64,000 nt of DNA, taken from NCBI GenBank assembly GCA_964106915.2, contig OZ066919.1. The stretch is one strand, 5' to 3'. This document shows, piece by piece, positions 50,973 through 63,782 of the stretch (the first letter of the stretch is position 1; every line of letters begins with the position of its first letter). The translations under genes were made by a program, and so were the position numbers. This DNA is from Podarcis gaigeae (lineage: Eukaryota). A model generated the notes under the pieces. That model saw only the letters and a program-made list of their open reading frames with translations. It had not been told where the DNA came from and did not search any database.

Positions 50973-53900
50973 AACCTGGACAAAAGGAAGGTGAGAAAAT
51001 GCCTGTGGCACAGTTGTGCTCTGCCCAACCTGTCTCTTTAAGATTACTACCCTTGGCAGAAGGAACTGGTTGTTCCAGGAGCTGGTTGTTGACTGAATGC
51101 GTCTGTCATCTGAACTTGGTTGAAAAACTGCAGGAGTCAACACTTGGCCCACTTTGGGTGAAAAGAGTAAAAGGAAGGGGTCAGCAATATGGGGCCTAAT
51201 CAAGACAGCTCAATGATTACAGCTAGACTTAGCATCCACCTGAGGTGGGTGGATGGATGGGGAATGAAGCCCTCTCTGACTGACTTTGTCTATTTCCTTT
51301 TCCTGGAAAAAGAAGAGCAAATAGGCCTCTCTGATCCCATTGCAAAGAGCACAATTACTCATCCCCAAGCTCTAATGGCTTCTTGAAATGCTCAGCTGCT
51401 CTTGATGACTAATCTGCTAAGTAAAATAAGTGATGCCTAGCAAAGCAGCACACTCCAAATCCAGCTTTAGCTTTATATTATGAATGACACTGGTAATTAA
51501 ATCAGCAGATACTCAAAATCTGGTGACTCAGCCTTTGTACTAGTGACTTTTAACTTTTGTCCATGAAACTATAAATAAGTAAGGTATGATCATTTACTGA
51601 AAAATGTTTGCAGGTAAAACTTTGAGTTTCAAGATGAGAATCATTCTGGTTATAAAGAAAGTAAGGCTGTGTCCAAATTAGAAAACACGTCATATGTCAT
51701 TTGTTTTGTCCTTCATTTAATTGACTGCTACTATGGTCCCCCTCACAAAAATGCCTGCGGTGATCTTGAGATAGAGAATCTAAAGGATGTAATGATGACC
51801 ACTAACCTGGATGGCTTTGAAAAGGGGATTGTGTGTTCTTATGTAGGATGGATCCTGAATTCATCAGACTTAGTTTGTGGTAGAAAAAAATAGCAGATGA
51901 AATTTGCAAAAGAACAGTTCAGGGATTTACAAAGTTGTTCTAAAACTTCCCCGGAGACCCAGCTGTTTGGAGGGAGTAGCTTCTGACCAAGCACATCCCT
52001 AGACAGAACAGCCATTTCCCCACTGATTGAAGAATGCCCCATTTTATTTATAAGAATCACCCAAGGCAGCAATAGCTGTATCTGGGGTCTCACCATATCA
52101 AACATGTAGATGGAGCATTTGCACAACCAGATATTTAGAGTATCACTCACCAATGGGAATAAGCTCCTTATGCATGAAATACATTCCACAATATAGCAAT
52201 GCTAATTTTTCCCAGCCTAATTAAAGTAAACCATTCAAGTGACCATCTTCAGGATGTTGTTTTTGAAGCGGAAGACTAGGATTTTCCTGAGCTTCAGTCA
52301 TGCAGAGTGCTGAAAGAAATCCCTTTGAGTGTAGACTCACAGATAGCATGTAAAATCCAGACAAATGGTTGCTTTGCCAGTGATTCCCATTTTGCAGCAA
52401 ACAGGTTATTAGTGTGGGACTCTGTACAAGGAGCCTGCATTCAAAAAGCCTGTTCATTATTAATGGAATATGAGCTTTTGACATCAAAGGGGATCCATTA
52501 TGTATGCTAAACGGTGGTGTGAGAGAAAAGAAGGACCTGCATTTCAAGTCCTCTCGGTGCTTTTGTCCCTTGTAAATCAATCAAGCTTGACAGATACTTT
52601 AAGGAGAGTAATCTTTTCAATGATACTGTCAATGGATAACATAATGGAACATTGTCTTGATGCTGTGTGAAGACATGAAGCTAGTCAATTACAGACAACA
52701 CTTCATGCAGCCGCCAGCTTTCACTTGAAGCAATTCTAGGGAAGTATTCTAATCCTTACAAATGTCTGCTGTAGCATACAATGTAAATGAGACCTCCTGA
52801 AGCTTCAGAAAAATAATTAGCTACAACAGTGGCCCATTCCCACACTTCTCGAACATGGGCATGATAACGTTTACTGTGCAGTTTTCCGTCCTTCTGGAGC
52901 GTTCGGTGCCTGCTGTGTATTTATATACACAGCTTTCTAATTGTCACCGCTTTGTTCCTCACACCCACAAAGGCTTATATCGAGAGTGTCATATCTGCAC
53001 ATATCTCTTAACAAAGAAATCCTGGTAGCCTGGCCAACTGTATTCCTTGCTGTTCTTACTACTATAGCTCAAGACACTACTAGGGCTTGTTTATTTAGAA
53101 AGAGTCGAGAGTTTTGCAACCATGTGGGACGGTCACAGGATTGTAAAGACCTCAACATGACAAGGGTTTCTGACACTAAGGCAGAGATATGCAACAGGGG
53201 CATCCCTGTTACATGTTGGGAAGTGCCCAAAGATTAGCTCATGTCATCCAATGTCAGCAATAGAGAACAGTAAGGGCCACCAGTAGTACCTGGTGGAGAA
53301 GGGGTATCCATAATAAAGCATGCCACGGATTTTGCACCCCTCTGGTTAAACATTTGCAGATCTCTATTTTTAAACAAGATTTCTTTTTTAAAAAAACAAA
53401 CACATCCAAGTACAACAGAAGGAATGTGAGGTGCCAGTTTAAACATGTGGATCAACAAGACAGTGAGGCTATTAGTTTGGGGCCTGCTATTTTGTCCAAC
53501 GATAACTGGCATTTGAGTCTTGTTCCAAGTGAATTCCTCCCTGTACAAGGTCACACACCAAAACTGCTGAGTCAGTGTGAGAAGCTGTGAGCCAGCAGCT
53601 CCCAGAATAATCTCAAATACGCTGGCTGCCAGCATGTGCTGAAGCCTGCCAGTTGCCTCTGGAAGTGACCTGGAGCAGGAGGCAAACAATGTTTATTTGA
53701 TTGTTGGCACCTACTTTCTCTCTTCCTAAAAGGCTTCTCTTCCTCTATAAACAACAACAACAACCATCACTACCAAATGACAAGGATATGCACCCTTCCT
53801 TCCAAAATAGAATTAATTTAGTTTGTATTTTATCCAATATGAGAAGATACATAGTAGCAGCAGTTTAACAATTCAAGCCTGGCATATAATAACAGTCTTA

Positions 53901-55553
53901 AAGGGTCGAGTAAGTTGTCCCAGCTAGTCCTGAACCAAATGGTGATCTAGGCAAGGAAAATGTTTGGCTCCCACTCCATTTGTTTTTAAAAACTTGCTTT
54001 TTTTCATTTTTTACATTTGTAACCTAGTTCATTATTTCAATGCACAATCTGCAAGCCTGTTTTATCTTTGTCATATAAGACAATATGTTTGCCTGCACTG
54101 ATTTGACCACAATCAGCCATATGCACATAATTTGGTAAATTTCCACAAGGATAAAATATAGCAATCTTGTTAATGCAATATTGGCCACACAGACTGGCAG
54201 CTTTACAAGTAAATATGAAACCACAGCATTAGAACTGCAGAACATGGGTAGCCTTTTTGTAAAACCCACCATCTCCCTTGGGCTAAGTTCACAATGAAAA
54301 CCTCCCTCTTTAGAGCTGCTATTTTCCCCACAATGCATCATTATTTAAGTGACCATTGTTCAAACTCCCACCCTCAATGGCACCATCTTGCTTCTACCCC
54401 CAAAGGCACTGCAGGTGCTATTTAAAAGTTTAAAACCAGACATACTAATTGCAATCATTCTACTGACTTCACATCTATTTGGACCCCTAAAAAGACCAAG
54501 ATGCTTTTTTGTGTGTGTTTGGGACTGGGCACACTGCTTCCCAGTCAAAACTATACTAGAATCCTGGATTCCTCCATCATTTTCTAAGATTCTGACTCAG
54601 GGTAGGCCATCAAAAGAATCAAAGAGATTTGATCCCTGGACAATTAAATTACGGCTTTAATGTGCACACATCCCTACCCAAGCACTGTCACAAATCCAAG
54701 TGCATGTCTTGCCTTAGTTTGTTTATCAGCTCTGCATTGCAAAGTCTTTTCTTTTTTCTTTTTTTTTGGCCATTTTTATTAAGTGAAACCATGAGATGCA
54801 AACAATTTCTATACAGTACTGTGAGGTGGGGAAAGCCCTTCAGGCTAGCATTATTGCTAGTAGACAAATGGGACTCTCTGTTGATTGCTTTGTTTCCAAT
54901 ATGCAGACTCAGCTGCTTTACGTTGTTTCTGTGCAGGAAAAGCCAGGGAGGCCCTTTATAGCATGTTCCCTCTTCCTGCACCTTCAAAATATGGGTTATT
55001 AGGATGATATTGGCTGTGACTGGAATAATGCAAGATTAAACACAACTCAGCAGCTGGAACATCCATTGATGGCATATTCTGGCTGGCTGGCTGGCCTCAG
55101 AAAAAAAATAAAGCACTGAGGAGAAAGGAAAAGGGGAAAAAATAAAGACCAGGTCAGGTTGCGGGGGGTGGGGTGGGGGTGGGAGGGGAGGGGAGAGAAA
55201 TATCTATCCAATATAGTATTTAAGGGATACAACATAACATCCCATTTTGACAAACAAACAAAAGTTTTTGTATCAAGTACATTTTTCAGTTAACCACCTT
55301 GCTGGATCAGACCACTGTTCCATCTAGTTCAGCACAATACTTCCAAAAGTGACTTGCCATATGTCTCTGGCAGCTCCCAGCCTCCCCCTGAAGTCCAACT
55401 CCTGGTAGTGAAGGATAAGCTATATTGCCTCTGAACATGGCACTTCCATTGAGGCCAAAAATCTATTCTAACTCTGTCCTCTGCCATCAGCCCCAGCCAG
55501 CATGACTGAAGGGTCAGCAATGATGGCAGTTCCAGTCTAGCAACATCTGAAGG

Positions 55554-55858
55554 CAGTGCTGTAATTACGTATAAGCTAAACAAGCTATAGCTTAGGGCAC
55601 CACCTTTTTGGGGGTCCCAAAAAAGTTTAAAGAAAAATGTGGATGTACATTTCCAAAATATAAGATAAAAAACAAATTACTTTGATAAAATACATATTTT
55701 GTTATGTGCAAATGGCTTTAGATACCTATTAGGTCCATAAATTACCATATAGCAAAAAAAACAGTGGCAATTTGTTGTTGACAAAGGACAGCTGGGCATA
55801 TAAAGGGCCCCATTACCTTCAGTAGCTTAGGGCCTCATCAAATCTAAATCTGGCCCTG
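55554..55858. mobile_element. Non-autonomous hAT element, 305 bp, nested in an older MITE
   Basis: Perfect 8-bp TSD TCTGAAGG at 55546-55553 and 55859-55866. Imperfect TIRs CAGTGCTGTAATTA / TAAATCTGGCCCTG. Internal tagcttagggc repeated. Confidence 0.85.
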
Positions 55859-56160
55859 TCTGAAGGCATATGTTCCTCGCCCGTCTCATAAACCCAGTAT
55901 GCAGTCAGTTGCAAATGTGACCAGTCTCTACTGGTTGTGAGAATGCTGCCACAACAAAAGTGAATCTACCAAGTAGCAGCAACACACACATATCTCAGCC
56001 ATCATGGCTTGAATGGAGCATGGGCTGCCTGAAGACTCTGGCACTGCCAAAGGCTGAATGAGTTGTATGAATAGACACCTATTTAATAATACAAAAATGA
56101 AGGGAAGGGAAGGGGGAAGGAAATACAGTAGAAAAGAGAGAGAGAGAGAGAGTTGCTTAC

Positions 56161-56313
56161 AAAGGAGAAGTCTTCAGCATTCTGGCAGAGTAGCTTGGGG
56201 AAAATAGCCTGTCTCTGAAATCTTTCCTCGTCTTCAAAAATGTTCCCATACATAAAGCCATTCATCATCGTGGAGTGAGCATGGATGTCGATATAGAATT
56301 CCAGGGTAACTTT
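56161..56313 (-). CDS. AGBL4: AGBL4/CCP6 internal coding exon (153 bp, phase 0-0; probably equivalent to human exon 10), M14 carboxypeptidase domain
   Basis: Translates KVTLEFYIDIHAHSTMMNGFMYGNIFEDEERFQRQAIFPKLLCQNAEDFSF, near-identical to the recalled human AGBL4 sequence. Contains the DIHAH zinc-ligand His. Flanked by acceptor ttttctatacAG and donor GTaagc. Confidence 0.97.
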
Positions 56314-56952
56314 CTGTATAGAAAATATATACATGCACACAAAAGATAAATTGAAAACATATTTCAAAAGGGAACTCAGCTATAAAAGCAACAATGTCAT
56401 CCCTGAAAATCAAAACATATAGCAGTAGGAAGTGTTGTGCCAGAATGAAGACAGTGTACCAATTAGGGCTGCTTCAGGTCTTTTCCAAAGTGGCACACAC
56501 AGCCCTAAAGCTGACATTCCTGTGCAGATGTTTCTCTTTAAGATGCTCACACATCTCGGCCCACTCTTGAATGGAAATTTTCCACTCATCCATATGGAAA
56601 TTGCTGGTTTTACCCAGACCTAAAGATCTGAACCGAAGAGAAAAAGAAGTATTCAGTTTACATCTCTGTAAGAAAAAGAGAATGGTGGAGTTCATTGATT
56701 ATCCATGCCAAACAATTACAAACAGTCTACAGGTTATTTCATACAGTCATTTTTTCAGGAAGAAGTCACTACGGGTGATAAATCATTATAAAGCTTCTGT
56801 ACATTTGTACCTAAAACTGTTTCCTTGTGTAGTGAATGCTTGTAGGAATTTTTCACCTCATGGTGACATTCCCTTATACAAAAGACATTCTGAGCACTTG
56901 AAAAGGTGAAATCTGGTAGATGGACATGTAAAGAGAGTGAGAAAAATATTTT

Positions 56953-57044
56953 AGGCTGTAATCCTATACCTGCTCACCTGGGAGTAAGCCTCATTAAACT
57001 CAATGGGACTTATTTCTAAGTAGACACGTATAGGATTGCACTGC
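56953..57044. mobile_element. Short palindromic squamate repeat; related copies near 850-925, 11905-11972 and 14150-14230
   Basis: ggctgtaatcctatac...gagtaagcc.catt.aactcaatgggactta...gtataggattgcactg forms an imperfect hairpin and recurs in the window. Confidence 0.65.
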
Positions 57045-60000
57045 CAAATTTTATAAGCTACAGTGAAGATTCTGAAGGCCTTGGAAATCCTTGTAATTAA
57101 GAAGCAGGATATGTACCTTATAAATAAATGAATAAAACACATTAAGAGTATAAAACAAAAGCATGGGAAAGAAGATTAAAACTGATGGTTAAAATCAATG
57201 CAGTATTAAAGGGTGAGCCTTCCATCTTGAGTCAAAATAGCATCTAATTGTGTCCAAACACAGGTGAAAACCTGCACCTTGATCCCTGGAACCATCATGA
57301 AATATTTGGTTAAAATCAATGCAGTTTTGAAAGCTTCAGTCCACTACCTTGAATCCAAATGGTGTTGTTGTTGAATCTCGGGAACCATCGTGCAAAATTT
57401 GCTCACAGTATCTCAAGAGGTGTCCATTTGCATACTGAACAAAAATTACAACCCCCATCACCCTTGACAATTGGCCATGTTGACCAATGGGAACTGTAGT
57501 CCAAGAACATCTGTATGGTACTAGGTTGGGGAAGGCTGTCTTAGAGTATATTTTCAATGCTTTGTAAGCTGTAGTCAGAACTCAATTACAAGAGTGAAAA
57601 TCAACCAACAATCAAATACCCCTTCACTTCTCATTACACAGTAGCCCAACCCCTCTCAGTAACATGGCCGACTTTGCACTCGTAATTACCTCTTAGAGGG
57701 CCAGTTGCCGGGCAGCTCTACCAGTTAGGAGAATGGCATTTTAGTATTATACATGTTCTTTTTTTATGAGTCACATTTGATGATGATAAAAAAAATGAAA
57801 CATCCTTCCCATTCATTTGCCCAGCAATGGATTCATTGTTAATGTAACACAAATATTCGTAGCAGAAAGATTCTCTTTGTTTGGAACTACAAAGAAGGCT
57901 TCCTGGCCTTATAATGGCCAGCACTTGCAGAGTTATTCTACTGCTATACTTCAGCTTTCCACTTCATTTTGCTGGTATTCAGTGTGTTACGGAATATGAC
58001 TATGGAGAGCTGTTTTGGAGCATGGTACCACAGTTGAATTAAGGTACATACTCTATTTTTTCAAAGAAAACAACAATCTCACTTCATAATGCAATTGTTT
58101 CTTGTATAAATTTTTCTGGAATAAAAGGCATCTATGATACAAAAGGAAATAAAGGCTACAGCAACGTTACTCAAAATGGAGGGCGCAAGATCCAATGGCA
58201 TGTCAGCTACATTTGTCTGCTGCCAAAGTTAATCACAGGAATTACTCTCTAGTTTATAGACTTTCATGGGTGGGGAAGAACCCAACAAGCTCAAAACCTG
58301 GCAAATGCCATATTCAATCATGCCACAGTAATGAAGAATTAAGTCTTTATGGCAAAGGATGAAGATAGCAGAGAAGAAAATATGGCAGTGATTTATAGAA
58401 AGCATGGTGATTTGCCAGGTCTAATTATCACAAAGGATTGGTAACCCTGTTCCAAGGTCCACAAATTCCCTTCTGTTCATGGAAATGTCTCTGATCGGGT
58501 GACAGCTTCCCTGAATGGAAGGTGCCTTTCCCTCTGCAGTACTCTGCATGCCCCAGTCTGCTCCAGTTGTTTGCAGAATTGAAAAGGATATGTGTGGGGG
58601 TGACAGAGGAAGTTGCATGGGAAAGGGAAATTTGTTAGTATCCCCTCCCTTCACTGATCCCTCCACTGGATCAGACAACCTTTCAGAAATGAAGGACACC
58701 TCTGGATACAACACAGTATCTTTGTGAATGTGCCTTGACATTGGGCTGTTGATATATACGGAATATTAATGCCAAACTCCAACCAAATAAAACTGAGTAC
58801 CTGGCCCAAAGTCAAAGGTATGTTGGCTCAAAGGGGCTTCCAGGCAGGGCTTAATATTCCAAAAGGCTGATTCAGATATTATAAACAGGTTATCATCAAA
58901 GGTTTCTTAAGGTGTTTTTTACTCTTTAGATTTTGCTCAGAAAGGATAGATCTGGATTAAATGCAGAGGGGAATGTGGCTAGCACTTTGGTGCTGATGGC
59001 ATTGTGTGGATGCTGTGAAGGATTTGCATGCATAAGCAGCAGCGATCCTGTAATAAAAACCCCTCCTCAAAGCACTCAAAATACCATGTCTTAATTGACT
59101 GATGAAATGTAACCTCAATTGCCAAGTTGCAAATTGTCCCTTTAACCCAATCTAAGAAACAGGAAATGAAACCACCATGGTGTGTCCTGCACATTCCCCT
59201 TCAGCCATTTGACACCCCGCCCCTTCCTGCCTCTTGCACTGAGTGGCAGGTGTGTACTCTCACAGCTTAAAGATTGCTAGACCACATTTCACTGACACAC
59301 AATTTTGCTGATAATTATGCTTAAAAAAAAAAAGTTTTAGAATTCTCCAGCACTTGAAGAAACATTAGTTGCCAAAATCACACTGCCTGGAGCTTTCTGT
59401 AACTAAAAGCCAAAAATATGTGGAAGCAAATCAAACCGTGAAGCTTTGAATTTAAAATCAACCAACAAATGATAATAGAAAACACTATGCAATGTTTAGC
59501 CATAATAACAATACCTTACAGGTATTATCAAGATAAAGTAAACATTGGTTGCATAGATGTTCCAGATTTCCTAGATAATTAAAGGTATATTTCATTTCAT
59601 TATTATAAGCCAGTTTTTTCCAAGCCAAAGTCTCTTTGAGCATGTCTGTTCTTATAACTATCCTCAACCAAAGGAGGATGGGGATCAAGAATTAATTATC
59701 GAAGGCAGCAATCTAGAAACAACAACAAAAATGTTGAATTTTGAGATGTTACAAAACCCAATAATCATCCTTCATACTTTCCCAACCTTTCCTTGTGCAT
59801 TCCATGAAGTATTGGAGGAAAGTGTGTTCATTCTGCATTTTCATTTCATAATCTTGATGACTTTGGAAGACCATTAATTAAACAGCCCAAGGAAAAATGA
59901 TATGAACAGCCTGGGCTGCTAGGACCACATTTGATATCCCAATGCAATTATGATTCTTAAGCACAGAGATTTCTTTTTTTAAAAAAATCAATAAAAGCTA

Positions 60001-60974
60001 TAAAACAAAAAGGGATAAATGTGTATTTAGCCCCAAACACAAGTCACTGGAGAGGAAAGCAATGCAGGGAAAAGGTAGTGCTGGAAACCAGCTGTCACTT
60101 CAATATAGATTTTATTAATTTTCTGCTATAACCCTGAACTAAGAAGGAATTGAAGGGCTTCCTTTACTCAGATATTGTACAAGAAAAGAATGGAATCATC
60201 ACTCCCACTTTACTTTATGGAGGATTTAATTCATGGAGTTAACACCAGTGCTCATTTGAAAGTATTTCTTCTTTTTCTCCCAAGGACTTTGCTGCAGAAC
60301 AGAAGCTCAGAGCTAAATACGGTTGTGTATTTCTTTTTTTAGAATTATGCCTTCCCATGCTTCTTCTTAAGAGCAGTCAGCAGCAATAGCCTCCCAGCAC
60401 CAGCATCCCTGTCACTTACCAGGAGTAAGTGAGATGAGGCTGTAGTGTGGTCAAGCTCTGTGGGGGCACCAGTGCAGCCAACCTGGCCCTCCTGCCAATG
60501 CACTTATGCAGCCCCATCCTCACTAAAGTCTCTCCCCTCAGCCTCTCAGTAAGCAACAGCAATGCCAGAGCTAGGAGCATTGTTCATCTGTTTCTAAAAT
60601 GAAGTGCAGCCTTAGAAGGTTGCCATTTTGAGTGGGCCAACCTAACCCAAAGACCATCTGCCATGGCATAGGGGTCCACAATGTGGGAGAAGAGTGCTGA
60701 ACGCAGCACTACTTTGAACATAATCTATTTGATACTTACCATTCAATTTTAAGGAATCTGGAGGCATCCCATTGGATCGCCCTCTCAGACAAGAGCCCCA
60801 GTCTTCGAGAGGAGATCTGTTGTTGTACCCTGCCCCATGCCTCATCACCACAAAAGCCTCTGCAGCCCTGGCCCTACCAGCCCTGGAGCCCTAATGTCAG
60901 CTGGAGATACAGCTTCATTTTATGTCAGTTTCTTTAAAAAACAAAAAGAAGACACTATAATGCTTTTTTTAAAA

Positions 60975-60976
<2 letters not shown>

Positions 60977-61014
<38 letters not shown>
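60977..61014 (+). repeat. (GT)19 microsatellite
   Basis: Directly visible. Confidence 0.98.
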
Positions 61015-61017
<3 letters not shown>

Positions 61018-62966
61018 AATTGTAATTTTCATCTACCCAATGATCCCTGGAGCATGTCATCATACACTTGCAGGCAGCGGCCCCTGCAACTTAAATTTCC
61101 AAGTTTTGAAAATGCCAAGAGCTTCATGATGATATATAAAAACCTATCCCTCAGATTGCTTTCCTTTACCTTTGCACTTATCAGAAGTGAGGCAAGAGGT
61201 TTTGCTGATATTTTGAGTCTGATTCTGTCATCATTACTTCCAAAGAGATACTTTTCCTGTGCCAACGCAGTTGTACGGCAGAAGGCGGCTTGGCTAGTCA
61301 TTTCACAGAAACTACCTGCCGAGAGATTTTCAGCTCTTAGCCCTTCAAATCCCACAACTGTCTATGTCTCCAGACACCAGTTTCAAAAGCCCAGCATTCA
61401 TTATTTTTATTATCAACATTGGGAAAAAAAACTTTTGAGATTCTCTCTCTCTCTCTCTCTCAATGAAAACAAGTTATCTACAAAATTCAGGTTGAGTATT
61501 TGTTTTTCAGTGGTGGGGGTGTCCTTAGATGAATCTCATGAGGCAACTGTAAGTATTTTCTGTGTCAATAAAAAAATAAGTAAAAGTTTTTATTGCAGAC
61601 CGTATGACAAATTATGGCTAGTTTACCCTGCACAAGCCCATATTGTATATACATCATTTCAAAAGGCTGTGGTCAAAGCTGTAAAACTCAGATAAGCTGG
61701 GAAAAAATTCAGGATGCTTCACAAGAAATATACAAAATGGAAGTCATGGCAAAATCATTACAGAATGTGCTGAAGCTGGTGACAGAGAGGCAACAAGATG
61801 AACAGGACTGTCGCGGCTTCCCCCCTCACATGTTGGTTATTATAGGGGCAGGAGGAAGAATGACTGACAAGGGCTGTTGTAAGCGTGTGTATGTACAGTA
61901 CACACAAAGGGGCTTGCTGGATCACAGCTTTGGTATACCATGGTGTAACCTAATGTTATAAAGGAAAACAGCACTTTCCCACTGCTCTATATTCTACTCT
62001 CTTCATGTGACCTCTGTAATATAATTCATACGTGACATGATCTGTGGGTTTTGTGCTCCCACTTCATATAAATAACGGCTCAATGCATGGAAGGGACACA
62101 GAGAAGGGTGACGTCACATGGCTTGGTATACTATATCATGAGGCAGAAATGTGACATAAGGATAGCTTCATGGTTCTTGTAACAACTAGTTCCACAATGG
62201 AGCTGTTCCTATTTTGATTCAGTTTGAGTTTGGGAGGTTTTTAACAGGACGTGTTTAACAGGGGTGTTTAGGAGGGGAACCAATGCCATTAAAAATCTCA
62301 GGGGCTCTGATGTATATATTATTCCCTTCGGTTATAGGTGACTGATCTAAAATTCTAAAAACAATTTGAAACCCTTAACTTACTATTATGCCATCCCTCA
62401 AGTGTCCCTTTGTAAGTTAGTGACTGGGGTTTAAAATCCCCAAATAGGAAATCTTCAACTAAGAAATGATGAAACATATTAAGCAGACAGCATCTTTTCT
62501 CTGTTTTGCTTAGAATGGAGTACCTTCTCCTAATGACCTTTTTCTCTCAAGAAAATTAATTTTTAAGTGGAGAGGGGGAAACACAAGGAAAGCAAAGATT
62601 ACTGTGTGGAAAATATATCAATATCAGCAAGAAAGAGATTTGATTTTTTTCATTGCTTCAGGTTTGAGTCTTTAAAAAACAAAAACAAATAGACATTCTA
62701 GTCAGACGTGAAAAGTCAAAATTTGCATTTAAATTGAGGTAATTTGGGCTACCTACCCACCCCATCACTTCTCTCTCAAGTGCAGAACACAAACTACTAG
62801 ATCTCTCAATTCTCACAAATGGAAGTACAGCAGAGAGGTTCGCCTTTCACTAACTACACATAGGGTTCAAACTGGCAAGCATAAGAAGTGCCCAGATGAT
62901 TCACAGGCTACTTAACAGTTGCTAACCTGTTTCAACAGACATTTCATGATGCTGAAAACTCTCAGA

Positions 62967-63339
62967 TAGGGATGGGAAATCTGTCTATTTCTATCCATAT
63001 CACTTCTGCATGGTTTTCACTCATAGTTCTGTTCCATATCTGCATTAATCTGCATTTTTAAAATAAAAAGCCTCTTTCAAACTATGCATTTAAATACATA
63101 TTTAAATATGTAAATGTTCATTTCCTCTCAAAGCAAGTATATAAATGCATATTTTCCCTCAAAATATTACGGTATTTCAATGAATATTTTTATACATTTA
63201 AACTACCAAGAACTGCATGGCAGGAAAGTGCAGAATCTGGTATTTTATAGCTAAGTTCCAATCCACACGAGTCTGAGAGATTAAGATCAGGTCATTTAAT
63301 ATAGGAACGCACACAGACTGGATTCTGCAGGCATCCTTA
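62967..63339. mobile_element. Old non-autonomous DNA-transposon-like repeat
   Basis: TAGGGATG ... CATCCTTA inverted ends; body similar to 35-330. Confidence 0.45.
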
Positions 63340-63509
63340 CAATGATCTGCAGAATCCAGTTTGTCTGGATTTCCCATATCAGATGACCTGATCTACATCC
63401 ATCAGACCAGGCTCAGGAGCAGGGATGGGGAAACTGTGGCCCTTCAGATGTTGTTGAACTCCAACACCGACCAGTCTAAGCCTCTTCCTAGCTAGAAATC
63501 ACTTGCATA

Positions 63510-63782
63510 ACCTCCACCAGGGTGTTAGGGGAGGGGTAGTACCTCCAATGAGGGACACCTCATGCTGTCCACCTTTGGTCCCCACCCTGCACTCAGCTCT
63601 CACCTGTGGCAACTAGAAGCCGTTAGCATGTAACAGTGGCCACACCATAGGAGATGGCTTTCATTGGCTGGCTAAACCAGGTGAAGGTACCCTGCGCGTG
63701 AAGACAAGCTCCAGAGGATTGAGCAGACAAGACCAATAGTGGGGCAAGTGGTCAAGAAGGCGGTTTCTGCAGATGCTGTAGA
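63510..63782 (+). mobile_element. RTE-family 5' region fragment (tentative), followed by a hAT-like fragment from about 63785 to 63960
   Basis: gctaaaccaggtgaagg...gtgaagacaagctcc...ggattgagcagacaagaccaatagtggg resembles recalled lacertid RTE 5' sequence. tagagcttccaaactg...tgtgttggctgcagcgtgtaggtgtgt resembles a hAT end. Confidence 0.4.

Noticed and set aside
60979-61695. 238-aa ORF as a protein-coding gene
   Set aside because: Starts inside a GT microsatellite without ATG, runs through a CT repeat, and shows no recognisable domain.
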